A DNA stretch of 64,000 nt from positions 1,408,001 through 1,472,000 of the forward strand of contig CAXXYH010000004.1 of the NCBI GenBank assembly GCA_963677925.2, read 5' to 3'. A program made the translations under genes and the position numbers. How positions within the stretch are numbered: the first letter of the stretch is position 1; every line of letters begins with the position of its first letter. Below the pieces are notes generated by a model. It was given only the letters and a program-made list of their open reading frames with translations, ran no database searches and was not told the origin of the DNA. This document shows positions 18,767-27,699 of the stretch, piece by piece. This DNA is from Spirochaetia bacterium (lineage in GTDB: Bacteria > Spirochaetota > Spirochaetia > UBA9216).

Positions 18767-20041
18767 TTAAAGTGCCTGCTGCACAAGCTCAATGATATCC
18801 AGAACATCGATTGTGTTGCCGTCTTCATCTGCAGTACCGGTGAAGTTATCCTTACACCATGGACATGCTGTTACCATTGCGTCAGCACCTGTTGCGTTTG
18901 CTTCGGCAACTCTCTCACCTGCTGTCCATTTTGAGAACTCAGGATTTGATTCATTACATCCGCCGCCTGCACCGCAGCACCATGAGTATTCCCTGATTCT
19001 TTCCATTTCGTTAAGTTTAACACCGGGAATTGCTTCGAGGATATTTCTCGGAGCATCATAGATTCCGTGAGCACCGTTGTATCTTGGTCTTCTTGGTTCC
19101 CAAATCTGAATCTGGTTGAAGATTTTCTTTTCAACACCGTTCCATTCTTCATATTTTTCACCGAGTCTTCCAAGGTGACATGGGTCGTGGTAGGTAACTG
19201 TCATATCAACTGACTTTGTGAACTTGATTTTGCCTTCTTCGATAAGTCTGTCGATGTATTCTACTACGTGGAGTACTTCAACTTCGAAACCGAGTTTTGC
19301 ATACTGTCTCTTGAAAGCATGGTAACAGTCGGAACAGGGTGTAACGATTGTTTTAACACCGGCTTTTTCAAAAGCCTTGATGTTTGAATCAGCTCTGTCT
19401 TTGAACTCTGTGAAGAAACCCATCTGATGCGATCTTCCTGCACAGCAGTTGTCTGCAGCTCCGAGGTAGCCAAGATCAACTTCGGCACTCTGAAGTACTT
19501 TGACTGCATTCTGGGCTACTTTCTGAAGTTTCTCGTCGTAGCTGTATTTACAACCTGGAAAGAATGCAACATCACCCTGTTCTTTGAAAAGATCCTTCAT
19601 TTTAAGGTCTTTCGCCCAGTCTGATCTGTTTGCTTTCTTTGTTCCGGGAATCATGCTGTTTTCTTTTTTAAGGTTCTCTATAACAGGTTTCTGTCCTTCA
19701 AGAATTACACCCTTCTCAACAGCGTATGCTTTCTGTTCGATATTGTGCTCAAGCGGCTCAAGGTTGTACCTTGTAACCTTACACATAGTGTCGCATGCAC
19801 CGCAGGAAGTACATGAATGGATTACTTCTGCTGCCTTGTCGTTCAGCTCAGCTCTTCCGTCAAGAAGACTCTGGCTTAACTGGTAACGACCGCGTGCAGA
19901 GTAGGTCATGAAATTATAATAACCGATACTTGGACAGTTTTCTCCAAATCTCAGGCTTTTAATTTTATCAAAAGGAATGAATTTACAGCTTGCGCAGCTG
20001 CTGCATCGTTCCATCATAGCTCTATGATCTTTTAAGGCCAT
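18767..20041 (-). CDS. Fe-S oxidoreductase with CCG domains (GlcF/HdrD-like)
   Basis: CSSCASC, CTSCGACDTMC, FPGC, CCAG, TPCSDC, YHDPCHLGR, CCGAGGG, TACPWC. Confidence 0.92.
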   Translation of the reverse strand: MALKDHRAMMERCSSCASCKFIPFDKIKSLRFGENCPSIGYYNFMTYSARGRYQLSQSLLDGRAELNDKAAEVIHSCTSCGACDTMCKVTRYNLEPLEHNIEQKAYAVEKGVILEGQKPVIENLKKENSMIPGTKKANRSDWAKDLKMKDLFKEQGDVAFFPGCKYSYDEKLQKVAQNAVKVLQSAEVDLGYLGAADNCCAGRSHQMGFFTEFKDRADSNIKAFEKAGVKTIVTPCSDCYHAFKRQYAKLGFEVEVLHVVEYIDRLIEEGKIKFTKSVDMTVTYHDPCHLGRLGEKYEEWNGVEKKIFNQIQIWEPRRPRYNGAHGIYDAPRNILEAIPGVKLNEMERIREYSWCCGAGGGCNESNPEFSKWTAGERVAEANATGADAMVTACPWCKDNFTGTADEDGNTIDVLDIIELVQQAL

Positions 20042-20064
20042 GCTCGTTTCCTCCGTTTCTAATA

Positions 20065-21537
20065 TTATTTTATTGTAAGCTTTCCAGTATTCATGATGTT
20101 GTTCGGATCGAAAACATCTTTAAGATCCCGCAGGACCTTGTATGTCTGAGCATCCTTATTAAGCTGAATGCCGGCCCAGATGTCGTATGGTCGTGCGTAG
20201 TATCCGCCGAGTTTTGACATTTCCTTACTTGCTGCAACATAGAGAGCTTTTACTTTCTTAGCCTCTTTTGCGTTTTCCTTGTCATAAGGCAGGCTGAATT
20301 CAAGATGAACAGAAGTTCCCATGTGCTGAGGCTGGATATAAACACCAAGATCTTCAGTCGGGTAACCTGCATCGATAGCCATTTCATACATCTTGTTGAT
20401 GAATGTTGAGGTCTTGTCGAGAGTGGTTACAAAGAAGATATCCTGGAAAGAACCCTTCTGTGTCTGCTTCCAGTACTTTTCTCCTGAAGGCTTTGCAACT
20501 TTTGCAAGTACATCTTCGCCTGCTGCGCCCGGAACTGCCTTGAGGAACTGAAGTCCGCATTCCTGAGCTATGTCAGCAATGTCTTCTTCCTGTGCTTTCA
20601 CTTTCATTTCCGGAAGGAGAATATCCGCAGAAATTCCAACCGGAGCTACCCATGCCGGGAGCTCTGCTTTAAGAGCAGCAATTTCTTCCTTTGATTCGCC
20701 CATCAGGCTTGCAAGGTAGGCCTTGTTCATAACAAAAAGTTTGTCGCTGAATCTGAATCTGAGTGTTTTGTAGACAAAGTCTTCAAGATCAGTAGATTTC
20801 TTAGCGGGTACCATGTACATCTTGTTGATTGTAGGGAGAAGTTCACATTTCATGGATGCCCATGTAACAATTCCCATGCTTCCCTGAGCCTGCATAACCA
20901 TTCGGAGCATGTCAGTCATGTTGGGTCCGTTTGAGTGAACCTGCCATTTTCCGAGATCCCACTGTTTCTGAAGATCTTTTGGTCCGTTTCCGGCTTCACC
21001 GGTGTAGATCTGATGACCGTCACCAAATGTAACTTCTGTACATCTGATTGGTTCAGTATAGTTGAACTGATGAACACTGTTCAGTCTTGGTTCCATTTCA
21101 AGAACACTTGTTAAAACCGATTTGTTTGCTTTTGGTGCTATAGAAGTTGGGAGCGTCAATCCTTCTTTTGCCAGTGCAGGCTGCAGCTGGGCGTATGTTA
21201 CACCCGGCTCAATAACAATCATTCTCTGCTGGCGGTTGATGCTGATAATTTTGTTCATTCCACTGAGATCAACAATTATTGACTGTGGTGCGCTTGGTAC
21301 AGTATCACCCTTGAAATGGGGTGCACCTGAACTTACCGGTACAAGCGGTGTTTTTGATTCGTTTGCCCACTTAACTAATTTTTCTACCTGTTCTGCGTTT
21401 TCGGGTTTTACAACAAAGAACGGTTTAATAGGTGTAGCAAAACTTTCGTCTTTAGAATAACTTTCAATTACTTCCGGACTATCGATAACATTCTTTGCAC
21501 CGACAATCCCAACTAAATTTTGTTTCATGCTTTCCAA
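20065..21537 (-). CDS. FAD-binding oxidoreductase (FAD_binding_4; second subunit)
   Basis: VVKPENAEQV, VDLSGMNKI, IEPGVTY, QGSMGIVT and KDVFDPNNIMNTG. Likely TTG start at 21537, 8 nt after AGGAGG; ATG 21528 is the alternative. Confidence 0.88.
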   Translation of the reverse strand: MESMKQNLVGIVGAKNVIDSPEVIESYSKDESFATPIKPFFVVKPENAEQVEKLVKWANESKTPLVPVSSGAPHFKGDTVPSAPQSIIVDLSGMNKIISINRQQRMIVIEPGVTYAQLQPALAKEGLTLPTSIAPKANKSVLTSVLEMEPRLNSVHQFNYTEPIRCTEVTFGDGHQIYTGEAGNGPKDLQKQWDLGKWQVHSNGPNMTDMLRMVMQAQGSMGIVTWASMKCELLPTINKMYMVPAKKSTDLEDFVYKTLRFRFSDKLFVMNKAYLASLMGESKEEIAALKAELPAWVAPVGISADILLPEMKVKAQEEDIADIAQECGLQFLKAVPGAAGEDVLAKVAKPSGEKYWKQTQKGSFQDIFFVTTLDKTSTFINKMYEMAIDAGYPTEDLGVYIQPQHMGTSVHLEFSLPYDKENAKEAKKVKALYVAASKEMSKLGGYYARPYDIWAGIQLNKDAQTYKVLRDLKDVFDPNNIMNTGKLTIK

Positions 21538-21762
21538 AGCTTCGGCCTCCTTTTGAAGATTAAAAAAAATTGTAATGATTGTAATTATTGCACTATTTAA
21601 AGTATCTGTCAAATTTTATTGAACCCATTCGGTCAAAAAAAATAGAGAATAGAATATTTACCTGATATGTAAGGATTTATGCGGGATATTTGCAGTATTT
21701 TTGTAATGATAAAAGAGGCGAAATGAAAATAAAATTTAAAGACTTTAAGGTAAGGGAAGTTT

Positions 21763-22497
21763 TTAAGCTTTGGGATTTTCCCAGACGCCGCGGTCTCCGG
21801 CGGCATTTAGATACTCCTGTACAGACACTATGTGGTCATACATTACCCTGGCTGCAGTTTCAGCGTCACGGTTTTTCAGGGCATTATAAATCTGTTCATG
21901 AGACCTGAAGATAGCGACATACTCTTCCTGCTTGATGATGTGGTTCACCTTCAGTTCTTCCATGACGTTTTCAAGGAACTCGATGATTATGATAAACAGC
22001 GGATTCTGACTGGCCTGTCCTATAATCTTGTGAAAACTAAGGTCGTATCTTCCGGTTTTCCATATTTCAGCGCTTTGAAGATTGATGTTTTTGGAGGTTT
22101 CAACTATCTGCCTGAGCTCTTCAAGCTGTTCATCGGTAATCAGTTCGGCTGCCATTCTTGCCGCAGTGGGTTCGATTGTCTTCCGGAAGTCGCAGACCTG
22201 GTTTACGCTGAGATTTTTAAAATATAGAAAATTTGCAAGCATTTCCTGGGGAACTACACTGTCAACTTCTGCTATGCAGGGACCGCCGGCAGCACCCTTC
22301 TTGATTTCTATCAGACCGATAAACTCAAGAGCCCGCAGAGCTTCTCTTAAAGTCTGTCTGCTTACGTTGAACTGTTCTGTAAGAATGTTTTCGGGAGGCA
22401 GTCTGTCGCCGGGGCTTAATTTTCCTTTGAAGATCATATTCCGGATTTGCGAAATTATTTCACTTGAGATTTTATTTCCTCTGACTGATTCAAACAT
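21763..22497 (-). CDS. FadR/GntR-family regulator (FCD domain)
   Basis: LSPGDRLPPE..LTEQFNVSRQTLREAL HTH, DLSFH..I...SQNP, HEQIYNAL. Confidence 0.95.
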   Translation of the reverse strand: MFESVRGNKISSEIISQIRNMIFKGKLSPGDRLPPENILTEQFNVSRQTLREALRALEFIGLIEIKKGAAGGPCIAEVDSVVPQEMLANFLYFKNLSVNQVCDFRKTIEPTAARMAAELITDEQLEELRQIVETSKNINLQSAEIWKTGRYDLSFHKIIGQASQNPLFIIIIEFLENVMEELKVNHIIKQEEYVAIFRSHEQIYNALKNRDAETAARVMYDHIVSVQEYLNAAGDRGVWENPKA

Positions 22498-22520
22498 AGG
22501 CTCTGCCTCAACGATAAAAG

Positions 22521-22556
22521 TTATCTGATAATAGGTTCCGTAACTTTTATTGTCAA
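22521..22556 (-). promoter_or_regulatory. FadR-gene promoter with overlapping palindrome (candidate operator)
   Basis: TTGACA-17 bp-TATTAT on the minus strand. Palindrome TTATCTGATAA (22521-22531) overlaps the -10/+1 region. Confidence 0.6.
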
Positions 22557-22571
22557 GACAGGCTGGACTGT

Positions 22572-24070
22572 CTAATCCGTCAGGATATCGTATAAATTGC
22601 TGTTTTTAATAATTTTAAGAAGCTTTTGCCTCTTTTGTATAAGTTCCGAATAAATTTCAGTGTGCCTGCTTATCGGTTCATAGGCTCTGCATTGACTCTC
22701 ATCAACCGCGGATTTAAATGCTGTTTTATAATCGGGAAAGTGTCCAAGCCTGTATGCTGCTGATATCCAGGCACCCAGCGATGTCGCTTCATCAGACTGG
22801 TATCTTATCACTTTCCGGTTTGCAGCATCAGCCTGAATCTGGTTGAAAAGACTGAAAGATGTCATTCCTCCTGCCGTTGATATTGTTCGAATATCCGGTA
22901 TGAACTCTGAAAAAAGATTCAGGTTGTCAGCAAGTTCAAATGCAATGCTTTCTATTACAGCTCTGCACATATCAGCTTTGGAGGTTGCGAGTGTCAGGCC
23001 GTGGAATGAGCCAGTAGCTGAGGGTTCCCACATGGGTGAACCAGCTCCTTTGAAGTAGGGCAGCAGAAGCACTCCGTTTGCACCTGCAGGTGTTTGTTCA
23101 ACATCCGAATTGAGCAGTTCAAAATCCTTGCTGCCGACATAGAAATTTTCTGAAAACCACCTGTAGACTGAACCGGTGGTGAGTACCGATGCCTCTATTA
23201 TGAAACTGTTTTTAACAGCAGAGACATTGCAGGAAAGGCGCATGTCCGGATCGAATACAGCTCAGCAGTTGAGCCGATAAGATATGAACCAGTTCCGGTG
23301 TTTGCTACAACTGTCGAACTGTCGAACATTCCCTGCCCGAGAGCCGCACACTGCTGATCGCCTCCTGCAGAGATGACAGGAATACCCTGTCTAAGGCCTG
23401 AAAGTCTGGCTGCCTCTATGGTCAGGCCGCCTGCAGATGAGCCCTGTTCAATTATACGGCACAGCTTATCTTCTTCAATATCAAAGATTTGAAGCAGTTC
23501 TTTATCCCACTGCTTTGTATGCAGATTAAGAAGGCAGGTTCTGCTTGCAAGAGTCGCATCGGTAACAAAATTCCCAGTAAGAGCATTAAGCAGCAGATCC
23601 TGTATTCCAATGAACTTGTAAGTGCTGCTGTAGATTTCGGGTTTGTTGTCTTTTATCCAGTTTATTTTTGGAGCTGAGAATACCGGCGAAATCCTCATTC
23701 CGCATCTGCTGTAGACGTCAGCCTCTGCTTCTTTTAAAGAATCACAGCAGTACTCTGTTCTCTTGTCCTGCCACATAATTGCAGGGTATATATGTTTTCC
23801 ATTACGGTCCACAGGAATGACTGACGAACGCTGAGACGTCAGTGATATAGCTGAGATATCAGCTCCATCCGCATCTGCCTTTGCTTTTAAATCCTGCAGT
23901 ATTACAAAGAGTTTTGTCAGCCAGGTCTGCGGGTCCTGTTCAACCCAGCCGTTTTTATGATAAATGGGAGGGTTTTCGAGTTGGCAGACATGCATCTGTT
24001 TACCGTATTGGTCAAAGAGTATACCTCGTATACTTGTAGTTCCTGTATCAATAGTGACAATTTCCAACAT
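22572..24070 (-). pseudogene. FGGY-family carbohydrate kinase split by a single-base frameshift (pseudogene or sequencing error)
   Basis: N-domain ORF 23198-24070 (IDTGTTSIR, WQDKR, GGDQQCAALG, TGTGS) and C-domain ORF 22572-23243 (LPYFKG, GGMTS, EATSLGA). Restoring one C near 23260 gives a continuous ..STAEPVFDPDMRLSC.. Confidence 0.85.
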
Positions 24071-24113
24071 TGGAGTTGATTTTACCTGAAATGAGCAATA
24101 TAATCAATTTAAT

Positions 24114-24902
24114 ATGAACAATATGAACAGTCGATCATTCGTATATAACAGACACCTCAGAATTCTTGACATTTTAAAAGATAAGGGAAGCGTCAGTGTA
24201 GATGAACTTGCAGAGGCTCTTGATGTCTCTGCAGTAACAATAAGAAGAGACCTCGATGTCCTTGATCAGCGTGGTTTTCTTGTAAGAACTCACGGCGGAG
24301 CCCTGCCGATGAATCAGAGAGTTGAGCAGGTACCCGAGCGTCAATTCAATGAAAAAGATATTCTGAATGTAATGGAAAAAAAGCGCATTGCAGAGAAAGC
24401 TGTCGAGCTTGTTCAGGATGGTGAGATAATTTTCATGAACTCAGGTTCCACCCTGCTGTTCTTTATTAAGGCTCTCCGGAATAAAAGGGTAAAAATAATC
24501 ACAAATAATGCTGCGGCAATAGACTGTGAGCATGATCCTCTTGTAGAATTTATGTTTTTAGGCGGAGAATACCGCGAACAGTCCAGAAGTTTTGTCGGAG
24601 AGATTCCAATTAATACACTTAAAAACTTCTATAGTAACCATACATTTCTTGGAACAAACGGTCTGGACCTGGAAAGAGGTCTTACAACCAGTAATTATCA
24701 GGAATGCAGTATAAATCAGGCAATGATTGAAAATACTCATGGCAAGGTAATAGTGCTGGCCGATTCTTCAAAGCTTGGAAAGGTTTCAAATTTTATCAGC
24801 TCTGAATTAAATAAGGTTGATGTAGTGGTGACGGATACAGGCTGTCCCGACTCTATCAAAAAGCAGCTGATTGAAAAGGGTATCGAAGTCATACTCTCCT
24901 GA
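24114..24902 (+). CDS. DeoR/GlpR-family regulator
   Basis: ELAEALDVSAVTIRRDL, RTHGGA, EKKRIA, SGST, ITN, LADSSK. Confidence 0.95.
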   Translation: MNNMNSRSFVYNRHLRILDILKDKGSVSVDELAEALDVSAVTIRRDLDVLDQRGFLVRTHGGALPMNQRVEQVPERQFNEKDILNVMEKKRIAEKAVELVQDGEIIFMNSGSTLLFFIKALRNKRVKIITNNAAAIDCEHDPLVEFMFLGGEYREQSRSFVGEIPINTLKNFYSNHTFLGTNGLDLERGLTTSNYQECSINQAMIENTHGKVIVLADSSKLGKVSNFISSELNKVDVVVTDTGCPDSIKKQLIEKGIEVILS

Positions 24903-24981
24903 CAGGATTTTAAGTTAATATTTTTATTGTCATCTCACTTACTTCCGCACAGCTGAGTCAGGGGGTATCTCTCTTTGTTTG

Positions 24982-25096
24982 AATCAAAACAATATGATTA
25001 TTTAGCCTGAAAATAATCATTCATTTAATTAAAGTTATCAAAAAGAAAGAAAAAAACAAAAAGATACTTGCGAAATGCGCATGGTGGGTATATAAT
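24982..25096 (+). promoter_or_regulatory. Sugar-ABC promoter with upstream inverted repeat
   Basis: TTGCGA (25068-73)-17 bp-TATAAT (25091-96). Inverted repeat ATGATTATTT-N7-AAATAATCAT at 24994-25020. Confidence 0.65.
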
Positions 25097-25125
25097 TTTC
25101 CAATCCAAACAGAGGAGGAGTTAAC

Positions 25126-26076
25126 TTGAAAAAAATAAGTATTCTACTTGTAATACTGATTTTATCAGTTTCAATGGTCTGGGCTAATGGAGACTCAGAG
25201 GGTAAAGACGGAGGTTCTGCACCAAAAATCAAAGCAGGTTTTTCACTTATCAACCTTGCTGACACAGTAATTGCTCAGATGGTTTCTGATGCAAAGGTAG
25301 AGGCCGACAAGCTTGGAATCGATCTGCTGCTCAGCGATGCTGCCGGTGATCCGGACAAACAGATTAATGCTGTTCAGAACTTCATTGCTGCAAAGTGCGA
25401 TGTAATTATCATTCAGGCTCTTGATGCTGAATCAATGTCCAAGGTTGCTAAAGAAGCAATGGATCAGGGAATTAAAATTGTTGCATACGGAATCGGACTT
25501 AATAATTATGACTGCTGGTACAAGAATGACAACTATGCTGTTGGTAAGGCTATAGGAACCATGGCAGGTGAATGGATCAATGAGAACGCAGGCGGAAAAG
25601 CAAGCGTAGGTCTTATTGAGTTTCCTGTAGTTCAGGTTCTTATTGACAGAGCTGATGGTATTCGTGACGGACTTAGTGCTACTGCTCCCGCTGCGGAAAT
25701 TGTAGTTAAGGGTTCTGCCATTGACAGTGCTAACGGTGCAAATCTTGCTGATACCTTTCTTCAGAAAGATCCGAATCTTAACGTTATTGTAAGTATAAGT
25801 GACGGACCGGCTCTCGGCGCCTATGAAGCAGTTAAAGCAGCAGGTAAGGATAACGAGAATTTCGCAATTTTCGGAAGTGACCTTTCAGAAGTTGCTGTAG
25901 CCAATATTGCAAAGGTTTCCGCATACAGGGGAACAATTGACTGTGATTCAAAGGTTTCCGGTGTTATGACAATGGACATCGTCCATAAACTCGCTACAAA
26001 TCAGCCTATCGACGACATAATTGTGATGGGAGTAATTCCTGTCTCAATTGACAATATCAGCGAATATACAAAATAA
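25126..26076 (+). CDS. Sugar ABC substrate-binding protein (RbsB-like)
   Basis: TTG start after GAGGAGG, signal peptide ..VWANG.., DAAGDPDKQINAVQNFI, DRADG, SDGPALGA. Confidence 0.9.
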   Translation: MKKISILLVILILSVSMVWANGDSEGKDGGSAPKIKAGFSLINLADTVIAQMVSDAKVEADKLGIDLLLSDAAGDPDKQINAVQNFIAAKCDVIIIQALDAESMSKVAKEAMDQGIKIVAYGIGLNNYDCWYKNDNYAVGKAIGTMAGEWINENAGGKASVGLIEFPVVQVLIDRADGIRDGLSATAPAAEIVVKGSAIDSANGANLADTFLQKDPNLNVIVSISDGPALGAYEAVKAAGKDNENFAIFGSDLSEVAVANIAKVSAYRGTIDCDSKVSGVMTMDIVHKLATNQPIDDIIVMGVIPVSIDNISEYTK

Positions 26077-26194
26077 TATAAATAAGAAAGCTGAACAGTT
26101 AATTTTCAGTCTTAAGATTGTCTCCCCTTAGAAAGGGGAGACTGTTTTATCAAAATCAAACAGCATGAAGCCGCTCATCATAAGGAGGGAGCCT

Positions 26195-27679
26195 TTGTCA
26201 GACCTTTTATTATCATTGGAAAATGTAACTAAACTTTATCCCGGTGTTGTTGCCATTGATGATGTATCTGTTGATTTTAATAAAGCAGAAGTTCATGCCC
26301 TGGTTGGAGAAAACGGCGCTGGTAAGTCCACAATGATTAAGGTGATTGCCGGCGCCATTAAACCTGAACGTGGAAATCTTGTTTTCGAGAATGAAAAGAT
26401 AGAAAATATTTCACCGGAACTTATAAAGAAGAAAGGCATCGAAGTTGTATATCAGGAATTTAACCTTGCTCCCGATCTTGCAGTATATGAGAATATATTT
26501 CTTGGAGACTATAAGAAGAAGGGCTTGTTTCTTGATAAAAAAGGGATGATCGAAAAGACAAGGAGAATTTTTGAATCTCTAAATATTCAGATAGATCCTG
26601 AAATAAGAGTCAAGGATTTAACTGTCGCATATATGCAGCTTGTCGAGATTGCCAAGGCTATCTCAAAGGATGTCAAGGTCCTGATTATGGATGAGCCCAC
26701 TGCTGCTCTGACAACAGCAGAGACTGAGGTTCTGTTTAAACTGATACGCCGATTAAAGGCTGAGGGTGTTCTTGTTATCTATGTTTCTCACCGCATGGAG
26801 GAAATTTTCAGTCTTGCAGACAGGGTTACTGTAATGCGTGACGGTAAAAAGATTAAAACCCTTAATATTGAAGATACAAGCCGAAAGGATCTTATCAGCC
26901 ACATGGTAGGCCGGGAAGTTTCAGAATCATACCCGGAACGGAATGTGGTGATAGGCAATGAAGTCCTGAGGGTAGAAAATTTGACCGGAAACGGAGTCAG
27001 GAATATTAGTTTTGATTTGAAAAAAGGTGAGATTCTGGGGCTGGCCGGTCTGGTAGGTGCCGGAAGAACAGAGCTCGTCCGCCTGATTTATGGAGCGGAA
27101 CGTCCGGACAGCGGAAGCATATTCAGAAACGGCAAGACTGTTTCCATTAACTCACCTAAGGATGCTGTCGGTCAGGGAATTGCACTTATTCCGGAAGACC
27201 GGAAGCAGCAGGGTGTCCTTCTTGAAAAATCCATCAGGCATAATATTACCCTTACCATACTCAAAAAGCTCCGTAAGGGCATCATCATGGATACTGCAAA
27301 GGAGCAGGCGATTATTGACCGTCAGTCGGCAGATCTGATGATAAAATCTCCTTCGCATGAACAGCTGGTTAAAAATCTGAGCGGGGGAAATCAGCAGAAG
27401 GTTGTCCTTGCAAAATGGCTTGTAACTGAATCAGATATTCTTATTTTTGATGAACCCACCCGCGGTATCGATGTTGGTGCAAAGCAGGAAATTTACAAGA
27501 TTATGAATGGCCTTGTAGAAGCGGGTAAATCTATAATTATGATTTCTTCAGAGATGGAAGAGCTGCTTGGTATGTCAGACCGGCTGATAGTCATGGCTGA
27601 AGGAGACCAGGTCGGCTCTATGGAAAAAGATGAATTTGATAAAAATAAACTGCTGGATATGGAATCCGGTGATAAATAA
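26195..27679 (+). CDS. Sugar ABC ATP-binding protein (RbsA-like, two ABC domains)
   Basis: GENGAGKST, DEPTAAL, LSGGNQQKV, DEPTRGIDVGAK. TTG start after AGGAGG. Confidence 0.95.
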   Translation: MSDLLLSLENVTKLYPGVVAIDDVSVDFNKAEVHALVGENGAGKSTMIKVIAGAIKPERGNLVFENEKIENISPELIKKKGIEVVYQEFNLAPDLAVYENIFLGDYKKKGLFLDKKGMIEKTRRIFESLNIQIDPEIRVKDLTVAYMQLVEIAKAISKDVKVLIMDEPTAALTTAETEVLFKLIRRLKAEGVLVIYVSHRMEEIFSLADRVTVMRDGKKIKTLNIEDTSRKDLISHMVGREVSESYPERNVVIGNEVLRVENLTGNGVRNISFDLKKGEILGLAGLVGAGRTELVRLIYGAERPDSGSIFRNGKTVSINSPKDAVGQGIALIPEDRKQQGVLLEKSIRHNITLTILKKLRKGIIMDTAKEQAIIDRQSADLMIKSPSHEQLVKNLSGGNQQKVVLAKWLVTESDILIFDEPTRGIDVGAKQEIYKIMNGLVEAGKSIIMISSEMEELLGMSDRLIVMAEGDQVGSMEKDEFDKNKLLDMESGDK

Positions 27680-27699
27680 TAAATTAAGGAAGGCGCAAC

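Noticed and set aside
23198-23280. Programmed ribosomal frameshift in the FGGY kinase
   Set aside because: There is no slippery heptamer or homopolymer at the junction. A simple 1-bp deletion explains it.
24076-24107. TTGATT...AATCAA as firm evidence of a DeoR operator
   Set aside because: TTGATT also serves as the apparent -35 at 58609, so here the match may just reflect two opposed promoters. It was not counted among the operator sites.
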